Shown: positions 23,757 to 37,761, counted from the first letter of the stretch. The stretch is 64,000 bases of DNA from Anolis carolinensis (GCF_035594765.1 NC_085841.1:28751636-28815635), one strand, 5' to 3'. Made by a program: numbers and translations. The notes: generated by a model not told the origin, from the letters alone.

Positions 23757-25294
23757 TACACAGGTCCAACAATCTAGAATGGAATATATACTGAAAAATA
23801 TCTGGATACTTCTTAATAATGCTTCCATTGGGAAAAAAGAATTTAATCCTGGGTACAGTAAGATATCAGTGGCATCAAGGGTCTCATGAAATGTGAAAAC
23901 ATAGAACTTGCATCTGCCAATAACTCAAAATTCACACTGTTCTATCAAGGTGACATGCCTGCAATACGTCAAAGTTCTCACAATCAGCCATGGAATGTGG
24001 TCTTTTGTAACTCCCTTTGTGCAAAATTTCCCATGTCATCACCTTCATCCACATCTCAGACTGCTTTTTGACACTGACTTATGTGGATAATTGCAAAACC
24101 AGAAAAAGCATGTTCTGGGAATCATGGGGCAGGGAGAAGCTACAAGTGAAGTAATGGCTTTAGCAAAGACAGCTGTGGTAGTCAGGCAACATGCAGCCAT
24201 GCTCCAAGCATTCCCAGTTCTCCAGCTAGCTTCATCTCTGCAGCCACATTTTTGACATGCAAGCTACCTCCTCTTCTGCCTTACCTCATTTAACTATTCC
24301 CTTGGTAGACTCGGGAAAAGAAATGTTGGCTTCATCATACTGGCAAAAGCTTGAGCTAGTTAGTTAATGAATGGGTAGAACTCAGAGGAAGAATGCTACA
24401 GCCAGCGAGGCAGGGAAAGGACAGATGGACAAAGACGGGAAGGAGGAGTCATACGAGGAAATCTACTCCAACAGGTGTCTAGAATTCAATTCTTCACTAA
24501 GTTCTTGGAGGAAGCATTAAGTAGTTTTCACAATTTTCTTCCCACTGCAGGAAGTCTTCAAAAAAGTGCAGCCTAGGACCTATTTGACAAAAAGTTTTCA
24601 CATGGGATTTTTAGGTGTGGAAAACAAAAAAAATGTTGCAATTGGGAAGTTATTTTGTGCAAAATTCATGCAGTGAACGTTTGTGCATTTAATGTCCAGA
24701 AAATAATATTACTATCCATATAATAAATATAATTCAGTATTATATGATTATATGCTGAACTACATATTTTCTGCACAGAAAATGCAGTTTTTGGCACAAA
24801 AAGCCATGTGGGAAATTTTGCACAGTTCTAAATTGGGAAGATTCTCAACCAGTCCAGCATTCTTCTCATTGGAATTTCCCAAAATTTAAGAATCAAATCT
24901 TTCAAACATGTTTTTTCAAACATTTTTCAAACATTTTTATAGTCTACTAATGTCTCCTATTGCAGGAATTTTATTAACATGTCACAGTGAATGCATGGAG
25001 GAAGAAGGAAGTCTGGGAAAAGGTCTCTGTGTGGCAGTAGTGGCAGGTTCTGTCAAGACATTTCCATCCTCACTATAATAAGAAAAGATGGGAGTTTTAG
25101 TTGAATTGCATCTGCAGAGCAGTAAGGTGAATGGGTGACCAGGAGTCAAGTCAATATATACAACCCCCTCTCCTCTTCACATCTTCAGCAGATGTGTCAC
25201 TTGGAAAAATCACTTAGTGAAACTATAGTTCTTAGAACCTCCAGCCAACATGGTCATGTGGCTGGTTGATCACAGGAGATTTCCTAAACTTGAT

Positions 25295-25950
25295 TGATTA
25301 TTTATGATGCAGTCTTTCTCCTAATACAGACCCAGAGGTGCTTACAAAACATGCAAAAAGTGCATAGCTCAAATCGGTAACAAAGATAGATCAAATAAAT
25401 TACCTCATTGAAAAAGCACCAAATTAAAACTATTTTAAAAGCATTTAAAACATAACAGATAAGGAACAATAAAACAAATACCATTATGCACAGCACCACA
25501 TATTAAAACCTCTTCCTTAACAACTAGTGTCCAAAATTGTCAAAAGCCAATCTAAACAAAAGGATTTTTGCCTGCTAGGGAGCTAACTTGGGCATCTACA
25601 GTTTCAAGCAATGCAGTTTCAAACAAGTATTGAAGAAAGTGGTTTCACTAGGCAAGTGGTTACACGGAAAATCCTAGAACCAGTTTGAGGGCCTGATGGT
25701 GATCACACACATTCTGTGGAACATTTTTGTGAAGTTTTGTTGCTTGGCCACCACAGTTGGAAGCTAATTTTGAACTGTATTAAATGGGCAGTGTAGATGG
25801 GGCCTAGCAACTCATGGGAAGGAGTTCCAAAGCCTAGAAGAAATTTACACCTCATGTTCTCATGTTCTCACCAATCATAGCTATAAAGATGGCAAGATTG
25901 AAGGAGCTGAAAACTTGGACAGGTTCATAGGTGCAGATATGGTCTTTCAG
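25295..25950 (-). mobile_element. Old L2 3' fragment interrupted by a Harbinger-like element (about 25591-25804)
   Basis: L2-like tail and GGGAAGGAGTTCCA motif; insert ends GTGTAGATGGGGCC. Confidence 0.55.
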
Positions 25951-26109
25951 ATAGTTTTTGCATGTCTCCCACCTATATTTTGCACTAATCTGTAACATTC
26001 CTAGATATAAATGTGAGATGTGTTCACAAATGAGCCACAGCTAAAGTATTTGTTTCATTTGCTTTTGAACTCTTCAAGTTTTAATCTTGGTTACAAAAGA
26101 GCTGCATTT

Positions 26110-26140
26110 GCTGTTGTTGTTGTTATTGTTGTTGTTGTTG

Positions 26141-26196
<56 letters not shown>

Positions 26197-27480
26197 TCTT
26201 ACCCGCCTCTCCTCATAGCTCGAGGAGGATTGCAACATAGCTAAAAGCACCATCATAAACATTATATAAAATAAACATTATATAAAAACATAATCATAAA
26301 TGTTATATAAAATACACATATGAAAATGTGTTTCTACAAAATACATATATCAAAATACACAGAACAAAGATTAAAAGATAGTGAACTGAAGATGCAAGTT
26401 TAAAGTTCATGGTTAAAACTGACTGGTTAGGCCTGCCAGAAGAGATAGGTCTTCAAATTTGTTTTAAATTCTGACAACTCATTTAGCTGTTGGAGCTCTT
26501 CTTGCAGGTTGTTCCAAAGTCTAGGGGTGGCCAATGAAAAGGTCCTCTGGGTGATGGTTGTCAGTTGAGTTCTGGTAGGCTGGATTATCTGCCCCCACCC
26601 CCAGAGGACCTAAGTGTTCGGGGCAGATTGTATGGGAGAAGGCAATCCTGTAGGTAACCTGGACCCAAACCATGTAGGGCTTTAAAGGTCAAAACGAACA
26701 CCTTGTATTTCGCCTGGAAACTAAGAGCACTTTCAGACAGGTGTAAAACCAAAGCAGGTTTTAAAAACCTGTTTTGGCATGGGTTTTTGTGTCTACACAC
26801 TGCCAAAAACCTGGGCTTTCCTGGGCAGGGTGTCTAGATGCCATCCCGGTAACTACTGGAATGGCATCCAGCCACCCAGAAGCCCCACAAAGCAAGGCTT
26901 AATTTTTTTTTAAAAAATTACTGGGCCACCATTAAGGTGGTCCTTCTGTCCCTTTGGCATGTAGAAATGATGTGCCAGGAGATGAGGGGACGAGGAGCAA
27001 TTTTGCTCCTCGCCCCCTTGCCCCATCTCCAGGCATGTCATTTCTACATGCCAGGACAGAAGGACCACCATAATGGTAGCCCTGTAAGTTTTTCAAAATG
27101 TTAAGGCTTGTTTTGGGGGCTTGGAGGGGAGTAGGTGGGCATTATCTTATACCTCCAGGAGCCCAAAAGATGAAAGATGGCAAATGGGGACATCCCCAGG
27201 TAGTTGTGAGTAGTCCTGGAACTACCCAGGGATGAGTCCCCACAGGCCCAATACCACATTAAACCTCGGCCTTTCAGGAAGCCCTGATCTAATGGAATAT
27301 CTAATTAATTTGGAAAAAAGCCTCATTTGATTCAAATTAATTCGCCCGTCCAGACAGACCCATATCCTGGAACCTGTTTGGGTTTTTACCAGGGGCATCC
27401 CAGGTCCCGGGACATGTGCCCTAACTGGCAGCCAGTGAAATGACTTTAGTATGAGTATAACATGCTCACTCCTGTATGAC
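26110..27480 (-). mobile_element. L2 LINE 3' part with (AAT)n(AAC)n tail, interrupted by a MITE
   Basis: FHWLPV|SFQAKYKVFVLTFKALHGLGPGYLQDCLLPY is restored when 26725-27421 is removed. Confidence 0.85.
26725..27421. mobile_element. PIF/Harbinger-type non-autonomous element with long internal hairpin
   Basis: TAA TSD at 26722-26724 and 27422-27424; termini GAGCAC / GTGCCC; internal inverted arms about 26881-27122 centred on CGAGGAGCAATTTTGCTCCTCG. Confidence 0.8.
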
Positions 27481-30400
27481 CATAGCCTATAAATTATTTC
27501 TCTGGGCATAGCCACAGGCATCTTTCCCTCATGTATTCACCAAACATGTTTGTGATTATGGTCCTTCAGAGAAACTGGAAGCCAAGCAATATAATGAGTG
27601 AAAACAGCAATCACCTTCAAGATGCAAGCAAGGTTGAGAGACACAAAATCTTGAACATAATAAGCCAGAAGGAAAAACTCAGCTTTGAAGAACAGTTGAT
27701 GGATTCAAATACAGCTGCCCATGAATTCTATTGTATTGGTATCATTGAAGTTCAGGCCTTTTATTTTGCACCCACTAAAATAACGACAGTTACATCTGCA
27801 GAGTCCCTTGAGTACGTCAAACAGTTGTGATTCAAGCTGAAAGACCACATCCTTTTCTAAATTAGTATTTGGTTTCAAAGATCTTGGACAGCTCCCGGGG
27901 GCTTTTGTGGGGGAGTGGGAGAAATACTTTTCAAATACAATTATTAAATATTGTTTGGCAGCACTGTGCTTTTTCTGGCTCCAGTACTTCAAAATATATG
28001 TTCTATAATTAACTTTATATTGCTTTGAGTGGATGAACCATAGTTAATTCCTACATAATTAAATCCTTTGTAGACCTTGTGTTGGCCCTGAACTTTGACC
28101 AGGATTTTAGTGCTCCATTACTACTAATAGCGTTTGTCCAATGAAGAGTCTCCTCTTGGGTTTTTCTTCTTCTCTTTCTTTTCTTGCATATGTCAATGGC
28201 CATTCCTTTGTTCTTTTGCAGAAAAAACATGCCTTTGGCTCCCGAACAGAAATGAGGTTTGATTAATTGAATGTATATAGGACTGTAGACATGATGGGGA
28301 ATGAGCCAACTTGACTTGATGACAATACCTCTTGCTGAGGCCAAAAAAAACCAGAAGAAAAATGACCAGTAATAGTTGCACTGTGGAATATAGGAAAACA
28401 TTTAACCTTCATGCACTAGTATAAAAAATGGAATGTACAATGAGTGAATTGTGCAGTACTTTCTGACCCCAATTCCAATTCCAATATATTAAAGGGAAGA
28501 CACCGAACTAGGGACAGGATTAATATACAACTTGGCATTTCTTGGAGTCAACCAACTGATGATCAGAACACAACACTTTTGCTTCACTGCACCGTAGATA
28601 ACCAAGGATGGAGCAATACTGTAAAATTCATGTGGTTTGGCATCACCTTAATTTCCATGACTCAATGCTCAGGAATCATAGGGTTGTCGTTTCACCAGGT
28701 TTTTCTGCCAAAGGGTGCTGGTGCCTCTCCAAATTACAACTCCCAAGATTCCATAGAATTGAGGCATGGTAGTTGAAGTGGTATCAAACTGCATTAATTC
28801 TACAGTGTTGATAAGTTTTTGGTTGGCCTTAACCTGTGCAGGGGTGGTGGTAGACACAAAGGACCTCATCTCATTTGCTGCCAGAATCACCACGGATCAT
28901 GGCAAATCTGGAGGTGCCCAGTGGGGGGTACCCGCTTCACCACACCCAGCATTGCTCGGATTCCCCTTACCCCATCCCACAGGAGGAAGTGTCACTGTTG
29001 ATCCTAACACAACATGGGAGGGCCCCTGTAGCAAAACTGAAGAGGAACTGGTGCATGCCACCAAATTTGGCCCATCTGATGAGGTCACATGTATGCCTCT
29101 GCATTAGGTAGTAAAATCTCTTGGGCTGGACATGGTCAACCCTATAATATTAGGGAAAAATGCCTAGACATCACCTGAGCAGACCCTATTTCCCTCCTAG
29201 CTGAATCAAGTCACAAGGCAAGGCCATGACAGCTTGCAACATATGGGACAAGCACTGGATATTCAGTTCATAATTGTTTATGGAGTCTGGGATACAGGTT
29301 TCCAGCTGTGAGATGCTCCAATGCCTTTACATAGACTGTCATTACACTCTTACATCCAGACACCATTTGAGAGTCAATGTATTGCCACACATCACTTCAT
29401 TCCCTGAAAAGATGTTCACTCCATGGAAAAATAAATAAAAGTCTGTTCCAACAAGGCAATACCTTTAAATGCCTCTCCAAAAGACAGACCTTTGCCATTT
29501 CCCCAGTTATCAAAGTTCTTTGCACTAAGTTGACAGCCCCCAGTGAGTCTCCTAGTAAATCAATGGACCTACATCTGTTTCTTATATCACAAACTCAGGT
29601 GCCTGAGCCCATCTGTGTTCATTATACCTTGATGTGGTTTTGCTTACCTTTCCCTGAACTTTGGGAACAGCTTCCAGAAGTCTCTCACAAATGCTTCCAT
29701 AAATGGAATCACTAAAATTGCCCTGTAGACTAAAGGAATATATAATACACCAAATTCACTTCAGTATTCCAAAGGAGTTGTCCACATGACTTTCATATAT
29801 GCCAAATGAGAAAACAACGAATATTAAGAGCACGGTGTGTGCCTTGAATTACAGCTCTGACCATGAAACCATTTAATTCTCTCCCTCCTTCATGCCACCC
29901 CCACCCTCACAACAAACAAAAACCTTGTCATTTGCTTGCTATATTGGGGGAGGAGCGCAGCCTAAAAGCCACATGTGACCCCTAGACCCAACTTTTGAGA
30001 TCCCTGGTACTCCCTGAACCTCCTCTATTTTTAAAAAAATCAGTGTGATTTGGGGGCTAAAATAATAAAAAAAAAATGTGTGCAAACATGCTAAAAAATC
30101 TACTCCCATCTCCCAAGCCTCCAAATATCTCAACTTCTCTTTGAAAACCAAGACTAGGGACAGAAGGAGAACCTCCAGCCCTTGGTCTGAATGGTTCTAA
30201 TCCAGCCCACAAAAGATCTGGGATCACAGCCACCAGGAATTCCTGACCAACTTTCCCATCTTTCCAGTGGAAACAGGGGAATCCTGATGTCATCAGCTAC
30301 AGTAAACAATCCAAATTCATGAGGTCCTACGGCAAATTAGGAGAACCCACAAATACTGTGGGGAGGTGTGTGGTTAGTGATGCACAGCAAACAGGAAGAC

Positions 30401-30524
30401 TATGAACTCAGCTGCTGGTCTCACAGCAACTGCCCCTCCCAAAACTCAGTGTCATGTGCACATTCACATGGTAGCTCCTGCCATGTCTACAGGAGGTAAT
30501 AGGAGTGCATCATCACCTCACAGG

Positions 30525-30930
30525 CTGCCACCTATTGAGGACGAGAAGCCTGGGAGACATTCTCAAGGCAGCCTCTCCTCAGAATGTAAGCAAGAGGGGG
30601 CAAAGAATCTCTCCGCATCACTGTCTCCTGAGGACAAGGAGCCCAGGGAACATTCCCAAGGCAGTCCAGCTCTCACGAGGTTAGTGGCGTGAGTCAGGTC
30701 ACCCCCCCCCCCCAAAAAAAAATATGCTGCCATCTTCTGATGACAGGAACCCACTGAGGAAAGTTCCCAAGGCGAGGGATCTCTCCCAGTCACTGCCTTC
30801 CAATGATGGGGATGCCTGAGATACATTCCCAAGGCACCCCTGCTCTTAGAAGGTGAGCAGGGGGAAACAGGGATTTTCCCCACATTGCTATCTTCTGATG
30901 ATGGGGAACCAGAAGAACATTGCTCCCATG
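30525..30930 (+). repeat. Degenerate minisatellite, five units with a shared core of about 45 nt
   Basis: Core CTG..TGA(G/T)GA..ACATTCCCAAGGCA starting at 30525, 30621, 30727, 30793, 30885. Confidence 0.75.
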
Positions 30931-30974
30931 TCACCACCTCCTGACAATTGAGAGACAATAGACATTGAAACATT

Positions 30975-31293
30975 GGAGCCCCCAATGGCACAGCAGATTA
31001 AATCACTGAACTGCTAAACTTGCTGATTGAAAGATTGGCAGTTTGAATCCGGGGAGCAGGGTGAGCTCCTGCTGTTAGCTCCAGCTTCTGCCAACCTAGC
31101 AGCTTGAAAACATGTACATGTGAATAGATCAATAGGTTCTGCTTTAGTGGGAAAGTAACAGTGCTGCATGCAATCAGCCACATGACCTTGGAGGTGTCTA
31201 TAGACAGCGCTGGCTCTTCAGCTTAGAAATGCAGATGAGCACCAATCCCCAGAGTCGGACACAACTAGACTTAACGTCAAAAGTAAACTTTTA
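30975..31293 (+). mobile_element. Sauria SINE, full length
   Basis: tRNA-like head, conserved body, CAGAGTCGGACACAACT Bov-B-like end. Confidence 0.9.
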
Positions 31294-32476
31294 TTTTTAC
31301 TAGTCATTGAGAGGCAGTGGCTTATCCCTCTCCCCCCCCCCTCCCCTGAGTTAACTGAGTGTAAAATACTTTTGCACTTTAAATTCAGTTTGAGCCAATG
31401 GAAGTAAGCTGAGGATAAAAGGGGGAAATGGAGGAAGGCAGAGAAACTGGGCCATTTCAAAGCAAGTGAAAAAGTATTAATTGTGACTCTATAAGATGTC
31501 TATAAGATGAGGGTATAAGATGTGTTTCCGGGCATGTAATACTGATCAGTCTTTCAGTGTTGTTTTTCAGCTTATTCAAACAATGGCTGTGGAACTCAAA
31601 ATATCCAGTGCAACTGCTCAGAATTAGTACGTAGTATTAGTAATGTCACTACTTGGTCATCGTGTCTGGAAATGCCTTGGTGACCACAGGCAAAAATATT
31701 ACACAGGCTTTCTAGCAGATTGTGAGCCAACCAGATCCCCATACAAACATAAGAATTTACTTAAAGGCTGCCCTAGTTTTAAGCAGCTAGTCACCATTTT
31801 GAAATTCAAAGTAATCCCATTTCCTGAAGGAATGCAATAGCCTGAAATGGGAAATTTTAAAAGAAAATCAAAAGGGAGTTTTCCTCCTGATTGAGGAAAT
31901 AACTAACAGGTGCCCTTCTCTTGCCCCAGCAAGTGTCTGCAAGATCTGCTTCTCCTAAAGAAAATAGGGTTTATGCTCTGAAATCCCATAATCACAATAA
32001 TACACCACCATGTGACTTTAAAACATAAGACAATTGTTAAAGCCATATTTCAAGCTAAGAAACTGCATGCTGTGCGTTATGCCTAAGAGAAAGCAGTTGT
32101 CTTTTTCAGAGAAACATTTCCCCAGTGGTTCTTGAATGTGAATCATAATGTATGAACTTGGCAGATAAATGTTTATTGCTGGGAATATTACATGTACTAC
32201 ATCAAGAAAAACTGTATTTTTTACAGCCAGAATAATTCCATGGAAGCTTAGTCAGATGCTAGTTCATCAAATTCAGTAGGATGCATGCTTAAACAGTGTT
32301 TGAAACAGAGATGGAGAATTTAATTCAGTTCTTTGTTTAATAAGTATTTACCACATTTGTTGAATCAATCTCCAAAGTGGAATGCAGAAGGTATCCTTCT
32401 GCATTTATTTCCACACTTCAGAATATTTAACATGCTTATATATATATCAAAAATCCCACTTCTGTATCAAAAGGTA

Positions 32477-32625
32477 NNNNNNNNNNNNNNNNNNNNNNNN
32501 NNNNNNNNNNNNNNNNNNNNNNNNNNNNNNNNNNNNNNNNNNNNNNNNNNNNNNNNNNNNNNNNNNNNNNNNNNNNNNNNNNNNNNNNNNNNNNNNNNNN
32601 NNNNNNNNNNNNNNNNNNNNNNNNN
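32477..32625. other. Assembly gap (149 N)
   Basis: Run of N. Confidence 1.
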
Positions 32626-32789
32626 TGCATAAAATAGCAATACATCAACTAATACTGCTAGGGCACTAAAATGAATTCATTTCTTCTAGGTTCTTCACAA
32701 CTTCTAAGTTGCAAATTAATGGAAACAAACAATGAAGTAAATATAAGATATTAAAAATGAAACCCAGATAAAACTCAAAACTGAAGCAG

Positions 32790-33596
32790 CTTACCTGTCT
32801 GAACGTATCTCCCTCTATGATCCATCTTGGAGGTTAAGATCGTCGGGGGAGGCCCTGCTCTCGGTCCCACCCTCCTTCTCAGTATTGGCCCCTCATCTAT
32901 GGAACTCCCTCCACAGTGAAATTAGATCACCCCCCTCCCTCCTGACCTTCAGGAAAAAAAATAAAAACATGGCTTTGGGACCAAGCTTTTGGTCAGTAAA
33001 TGGGAACAGTGCAATAAGAGACTATAAATAACATAATGATGACTCAAATTGGCCCTGGAATATGACCTGGATTGTGTGATTTTAATTGATGTTTTAATTG
33101 TAGTGTTAATGTTTATATTTTAGTTGGTTTGGATTTTAATGCATTTGTTTAATTATTGATATGTACAGAAGAGTCTCACTTATCCAACACAAATGGGCCG
33201 GCAGAACATTGGATAAGCAAATATGTTGGATAATAAGGAGGGATTAAGGAAAAGCCTATTAAACATCAAATTACATTATGATTTTACAAATTAAGCACGA
33301 AAACATTATGTTTTGACAGAAAAGGCAGTTCAATACACAGCAATATTATGTAGTAATTACGGTATTTACAAATTTAGCACCAAAACATCACAATGTATTG
33401 AAAAGATTTACTACAAAAAAGATTGACTACTAAAAGGCAGACTGCGTTGGATAATCCAGAACACTGGATAAGCGAATGTTGGATAAATGAAACTCTACTG
33501 TATATGTATATGTGGCATCTAATTGTTGCCTTTGTACAGCTGCCCTGAGTCATCTTTTGAGTGAGAAAGATGGGGGTACAAGTGTGGTAAATAAAT
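32790..33596 (+). mobile_element. L2 LINE 3' end, interrupted by a mariner-type MITE
   Basis: YLSERISLY..LRSSGEALL..APHLWNSL..LLTFRKK; L2 tail. Confidence 0.82.
33166..33500. mobile_element. Tc1/mariner-superfamily (Tigger-like) MITE
   Basis: TIRs CAG(T/A)AGAGT(C/T)TCA(C/T)TTATCCAAC; TA TSD; same family as 39110-39431 in opposite orientation. Confidence 0.9.
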
Positions 33597-33624
33597 ATTA
33601 ATATTGATATTAATATTAATAATA

Positions 33625-34015
33625 AAACTTTATTTATATACCGCCCTCTTTTCTCAAGGGACCCAGAGCGGTTTCCAACATACCAAGAAACATACAGTCA
33701 ATTCAAAACATAGAACAATTAAAACATTATACACATATCCAAGAATACTTAAAACAAATAAATCATAAACAAATAACCAGGTAAAAACCCAATGATAGGG
33801 CTCCATCAATAAAACCGGACACAGTGGCCAGACTTTAACATTGGAATGACCAGCTGTAAAGTACTAGACGTGCCACGTATTCAGTATAATGTGGGTAGGG
33901 ATGGATAAAATGCTGAGCAAAGACATTCTAAGGAGCTCTATTCAAAGACCTGTTTAAACCACCAGGTTTTCAGCTCTTTACGAAATGAAAGTAAAGTGAA
34001 GGCTTGCCTAATCTG
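33625..34015 (-). mobile_element. L2-type 3' end, tail-to-tail with the previous L2
   Basis: TTTATTTATATACCGCCC..GGGACCCAGAGCGG; minus strand FRKELKTWWFKQVF. Confidence 0.72.
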
Positions 34016-34112
34016 AATAAATACATTTGTATCCCTGATGACAAATGTAATCAAAGGAAACACAGAGGCTTCCTAATAACAGTCCCTGTTTTTATTTGTC
34101 ATTTAATTTAAC

Positions 34113-34238
34113 AGGAAAAGGTTTCCCCTGACATGAAATCTAATCATGTCCGACTCTGGAAGTTGGTGCTCATCTCCATTTCTAAGCCAAAGAGCCAGCA
34201 CTGTCCGTAGGCGCCTCTAAGATCATGACTGCATGGAG
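34113..34238 (-). mobile_element. 5'-truncated Sauria SINE
   Basis: Sauria 3' half; TTAATTTAA near both ends may be the TSD. Confidence 0.85.
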
Positions 34239-35630
34239 AACCATTAATTTAATACATCCTAAAAAAAAACAATAGATTAAGGCTTCATCTGTCAACTAGC
34301 TAGTTACTACTATAATGAAGAAGAGGCAAACAAACAAAACTAACCATTTTCCTCCTCTCCCAGGATTATATCTAAGAAATCCTAACAGCTGGTAAACTGG
34401 CCAGGATTTCTGGGAGTTATAGGCCAAAAACATCTGGGGACCCCAGGTTGAGAACCACTGAATTTAACCTCTTTTTACATCCATACAGGAATTTCCTTGG
34501 AGATATGTATATTAGTCATTTGAACTGCATTTATCTTCCAGAGAGCAATTATAAACAATTCACAATGCAAGATAAATAAGTGAGGAAAACCGATGCCTTC
34601 CATCACTGGGAAGGGCACATAGTTTGTACTTAAAACCTGTGATCTAGCTTGACCTTTATATTCCTCCATTGCAACATTCAAAGGCTAGAGAGAAATATCA
34701 AGCAGCATAAAAACCAAAAAGAAAAGCCTATCACAGCAGATTTTTAATCTGATGGCCAGGATGTTAAAAATACAAACATATCCTTATCCATTTGATTGAT
34801 TACTGCCTACCTGTTTGACTGGCACTTTTCATGCCAAAGCCATCAAGCACTGGTTCACAGCTATCAACCCCAGAGATAGGTTGGCTGGGCCTCTTTCTAG
34901 TACACATTTCAAACTTTTAAATATTTATCTGTATATAGGGAAGGACCCTGTGAGGTTTAAGCAAGCATGCTAAATGGCCACATTGAGCAAATGTATGTGG
35001 CCATTGAGTGATTCTCTGTGTGTGTGTCTGTCTGTCTGTCTGTCTATCTACATTGGTTTTACATATGTTGTCAAATCCTACAACTGAAGTGTAGGCACCA
35101 TGTGATTGTTGGACTACTTCCAACAATTTCTGTCCTAGGTAGGCAGGTCAATTGCCCATATATACAACATTGTACTCAATTTAGTGGCAAAAGACTACTG
35201 CGTGTCAAATAATCTGTTAGATACGTAAAGCACAATGCTATTAGCCAAAGTAAAGTGATCAGGTTATTATTAATGAATGAACTAAGAGATCTTTCCACAT
35301 TTGTAACTTGCCAGATAGAAAAGAAGCATCCTGCTGCTTTATGATTCTTCGATTCTCCTTGTATAAAGATCACCAAACTGTCCATATTTTCAGATCTGCT
35401 TGCCAGATGACATTTTGAATGTCAAAATCTATACAGTAGCATATTATTAATCACAGCACCACTGTCTCAGATTTGTTCCTTTGCATAGATGTAAATAAAT
35501 TTAAAAAATTAAATATGGTTACAGTTTCAATATCAAGTGTAATTCATATCTAAGTAGCTAGATTCGCCATTACACAGTAAAGCCATCACATTTGTGAGTT
35601 TAAATTTTGCAAACTTGATTATTCACAAAT

Positions 35631-35988
35631 TTGGACTGGATGAGAGCAAACACATTGAAACTTAATCCAGACAAGACAGAGGTGCTCCTGGTCGATCAGA
35701 AAGCAGATCAGAAAATAGGGATCCAGTCTGTGCTGGATCGGGTAACACTTCCCCTGAAGACACAGGTCCACAGTTTGAGGTTTCTCCTGGACTCACCATT
35801 GAACCCGGAGGCCCAGATATCTGTGTTGTGGCTAGGAGGGCCTTTGCACAACTAAAACTTGTGTGCCAACAGCACGCATTCCTCAAGACACCTGTTCTGG
35901 CCATAGTGGTACTTTGCTTTAGTTATATCCCATTTGATCCAAAAAGCTGTGGTCATATTGCTTGGGGCTGGCTACAGGGAACATACAA
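35631..35988 (+). mobile_element. L2 RT internal fragment
   Basis: DWMRANTLKLNPDKTEVLLV motif. Confidence 0.85.
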
Positions 35989-37110
35989 CTAAGAAAATAA
36001 AGTGCTGTGTGAGATTAAAGGCATGGGCAAGGACCCAGTACAATCTTTCCAAGACAGAAAGTGGGCACAGAGCTTGGAATGGAAACATTACTTTGGAGGA
36101 AGGGGAATAAATTTCCCATAGGTAGTAAAAAAAAAACTACAGTTCAAAGCAGTAGATGTCAAGAAAAAGCTGCAAAGGCATCTCACATTAAACAGAAATG
36201 GCTAGTCCACATCTTCATCCATATGATTGCCCATGCTCCACATATAGGCCACTTAGCCTGAATTTGAAAGCTGAACATTATTGAGATGACATAACAAAGG
36301 CAACATCCTTCCAAATAATGTATCATAAGTAGTAGAGATGAGGTGAATACTTTGAATGAGGATTAAAACAATGGATGTAGCCTCCTCAGAGATTCCCACT
36401 GGAGAAATTCTCTACACAAGCAGCTTTGATTTTTTTTTCCAGATAAATTTCTCTGGATTGACTTGTGCCCTTCTGAACCTATCAAACAGAAGGATGAACT
36501 CATGAGGAAGGTAAAAGGAACAAGAGCCCCAACTATGTTGAGAGGCTTTAATAAAACTCTAGCTTTTAATAGAAAGCAGATTGATATTTGAATCTCTCAA
36601 ACCACTTATGACTTTATCACGAAAGCCACTGTTTCAAGGCATATGTGTGATCACAGATAGCGGATACATGATCGTCCTTCCTCATACCCTTGCAACCAAC
36701 CCTGCCTTCTCACACTTCCACTGTTTCATAACCTTTTTAATAGCAATTTTGCAGTTTCAGCAATAGTTAACAAAAAATATAAATGGAAAATATTAATTAA
36801 ACATAAAACAGTGAGGTGAAGGGAAAGACAAGGAAAATTCTGTCCCTTATGTCACTTTAGTGCCAAAATGCCAGCACAAGAGGAATGTCCCCCTTGCACA
36901 AAGTAGGTGATGGGATTGCTAGCTACTGACAGGATTTTCCAGTCAGTAGTGGAGTAGTGGGGAGGAGGCAGCCCAGAAGTGGGATGTTCACTGGTCACCT
37001 CAACTGGAATACAGTATCCAGTTCTGGGCAACACAATTCAAGAAGAATATTGAAAAGCTGGAAGGTGTCCAGAGAAGACTACCAAAATGATCAAATGTTT
37101 GGAAGCCAAG

Positions 37111-37341
37111 CATTAACATACTTTGTCCATCAGTCCTATCCTCAAAATTGATTTGCACCAGTTTGCGCACCCATGCCCAGAAACTGATTGTTTATTTCAG
37201 GTCCATTGGTTGCCTTATACTCTGTTATAATGTTGTTGTTTTTATTCTGTTTTATGATATTGTCTTATTATCTCAGGGCTTGTCCCCATGTAAGCCGCCC
37301 CAAGTCCCTTTCGGGGAGATGGAGTTGGGGAACAGAAATAC

Positions 37342-37391
<50 letters not shown>
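37111..37391 (+). mobile_element. L2-like 3' end with (ATT)n tail
   Basis: TGTAAGCCGCCCCAAGTCCCTTTCGGGGAGATGG then (ATT)n; the CR1 resumes after it. Confidence 0.72.
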
Positions 37392-37392
<1 letters not shown>

Positions 37393-37445
37393 GAGGAGCA
37401 GCTGGGTATGTTTAGCTTGGGAAAAGACTGAAAAGGGGCATGATA

Positions 37446-37761
37446 AGTAAAGGTAAAGGTTTCTGCTTGACATTAGGTCTAGTCGAGTACGATTCTGAGG
37501 GTTGGTGCACATCTCCATTTTTAAGCCAAAGAGCCAGCATTGTCCGTAGACATCTCGTAGGTCATGTGACCAATATGACTGCATGGAATGCCGTTACCTT
37601 CCTGCTGAAGTGGTACCTATTGATCTACTCACATGTGCATGTTTTTGAACTGCTAGGTTAGCAGAAGTTGGGGCTAACAATGGAAACTCACAGATTCGAA
37701 CTGCTGACCTGATTCGAATTTTGCAGCTTACTGGTTTAACCTGCTGTGCCACCACAGCCCC
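37446..37761 (-). mobile_element. Sauria SINE nested in CR1
   Basis: Full family match; degenerate TSD GGGGCATGATA / GGGGACATGACA. Confidence 0.9.

Noticed and set aside
26020-26262. Poly-Ile/Val and poly-Asn ORFs (also 37148-37584, 23616-23889)
   Set aside because: Translations of microsatellites or retroposon tails.
30525-30930. CRISPR-like repeat-spacer array
   Set aside because: Repeats are degenerate, spacers are homologous to each other, the context is vertebrate and there are no cas genes.
32333-32669. ORFs with X runs
   Set aside because: Artefacts of the N gap.
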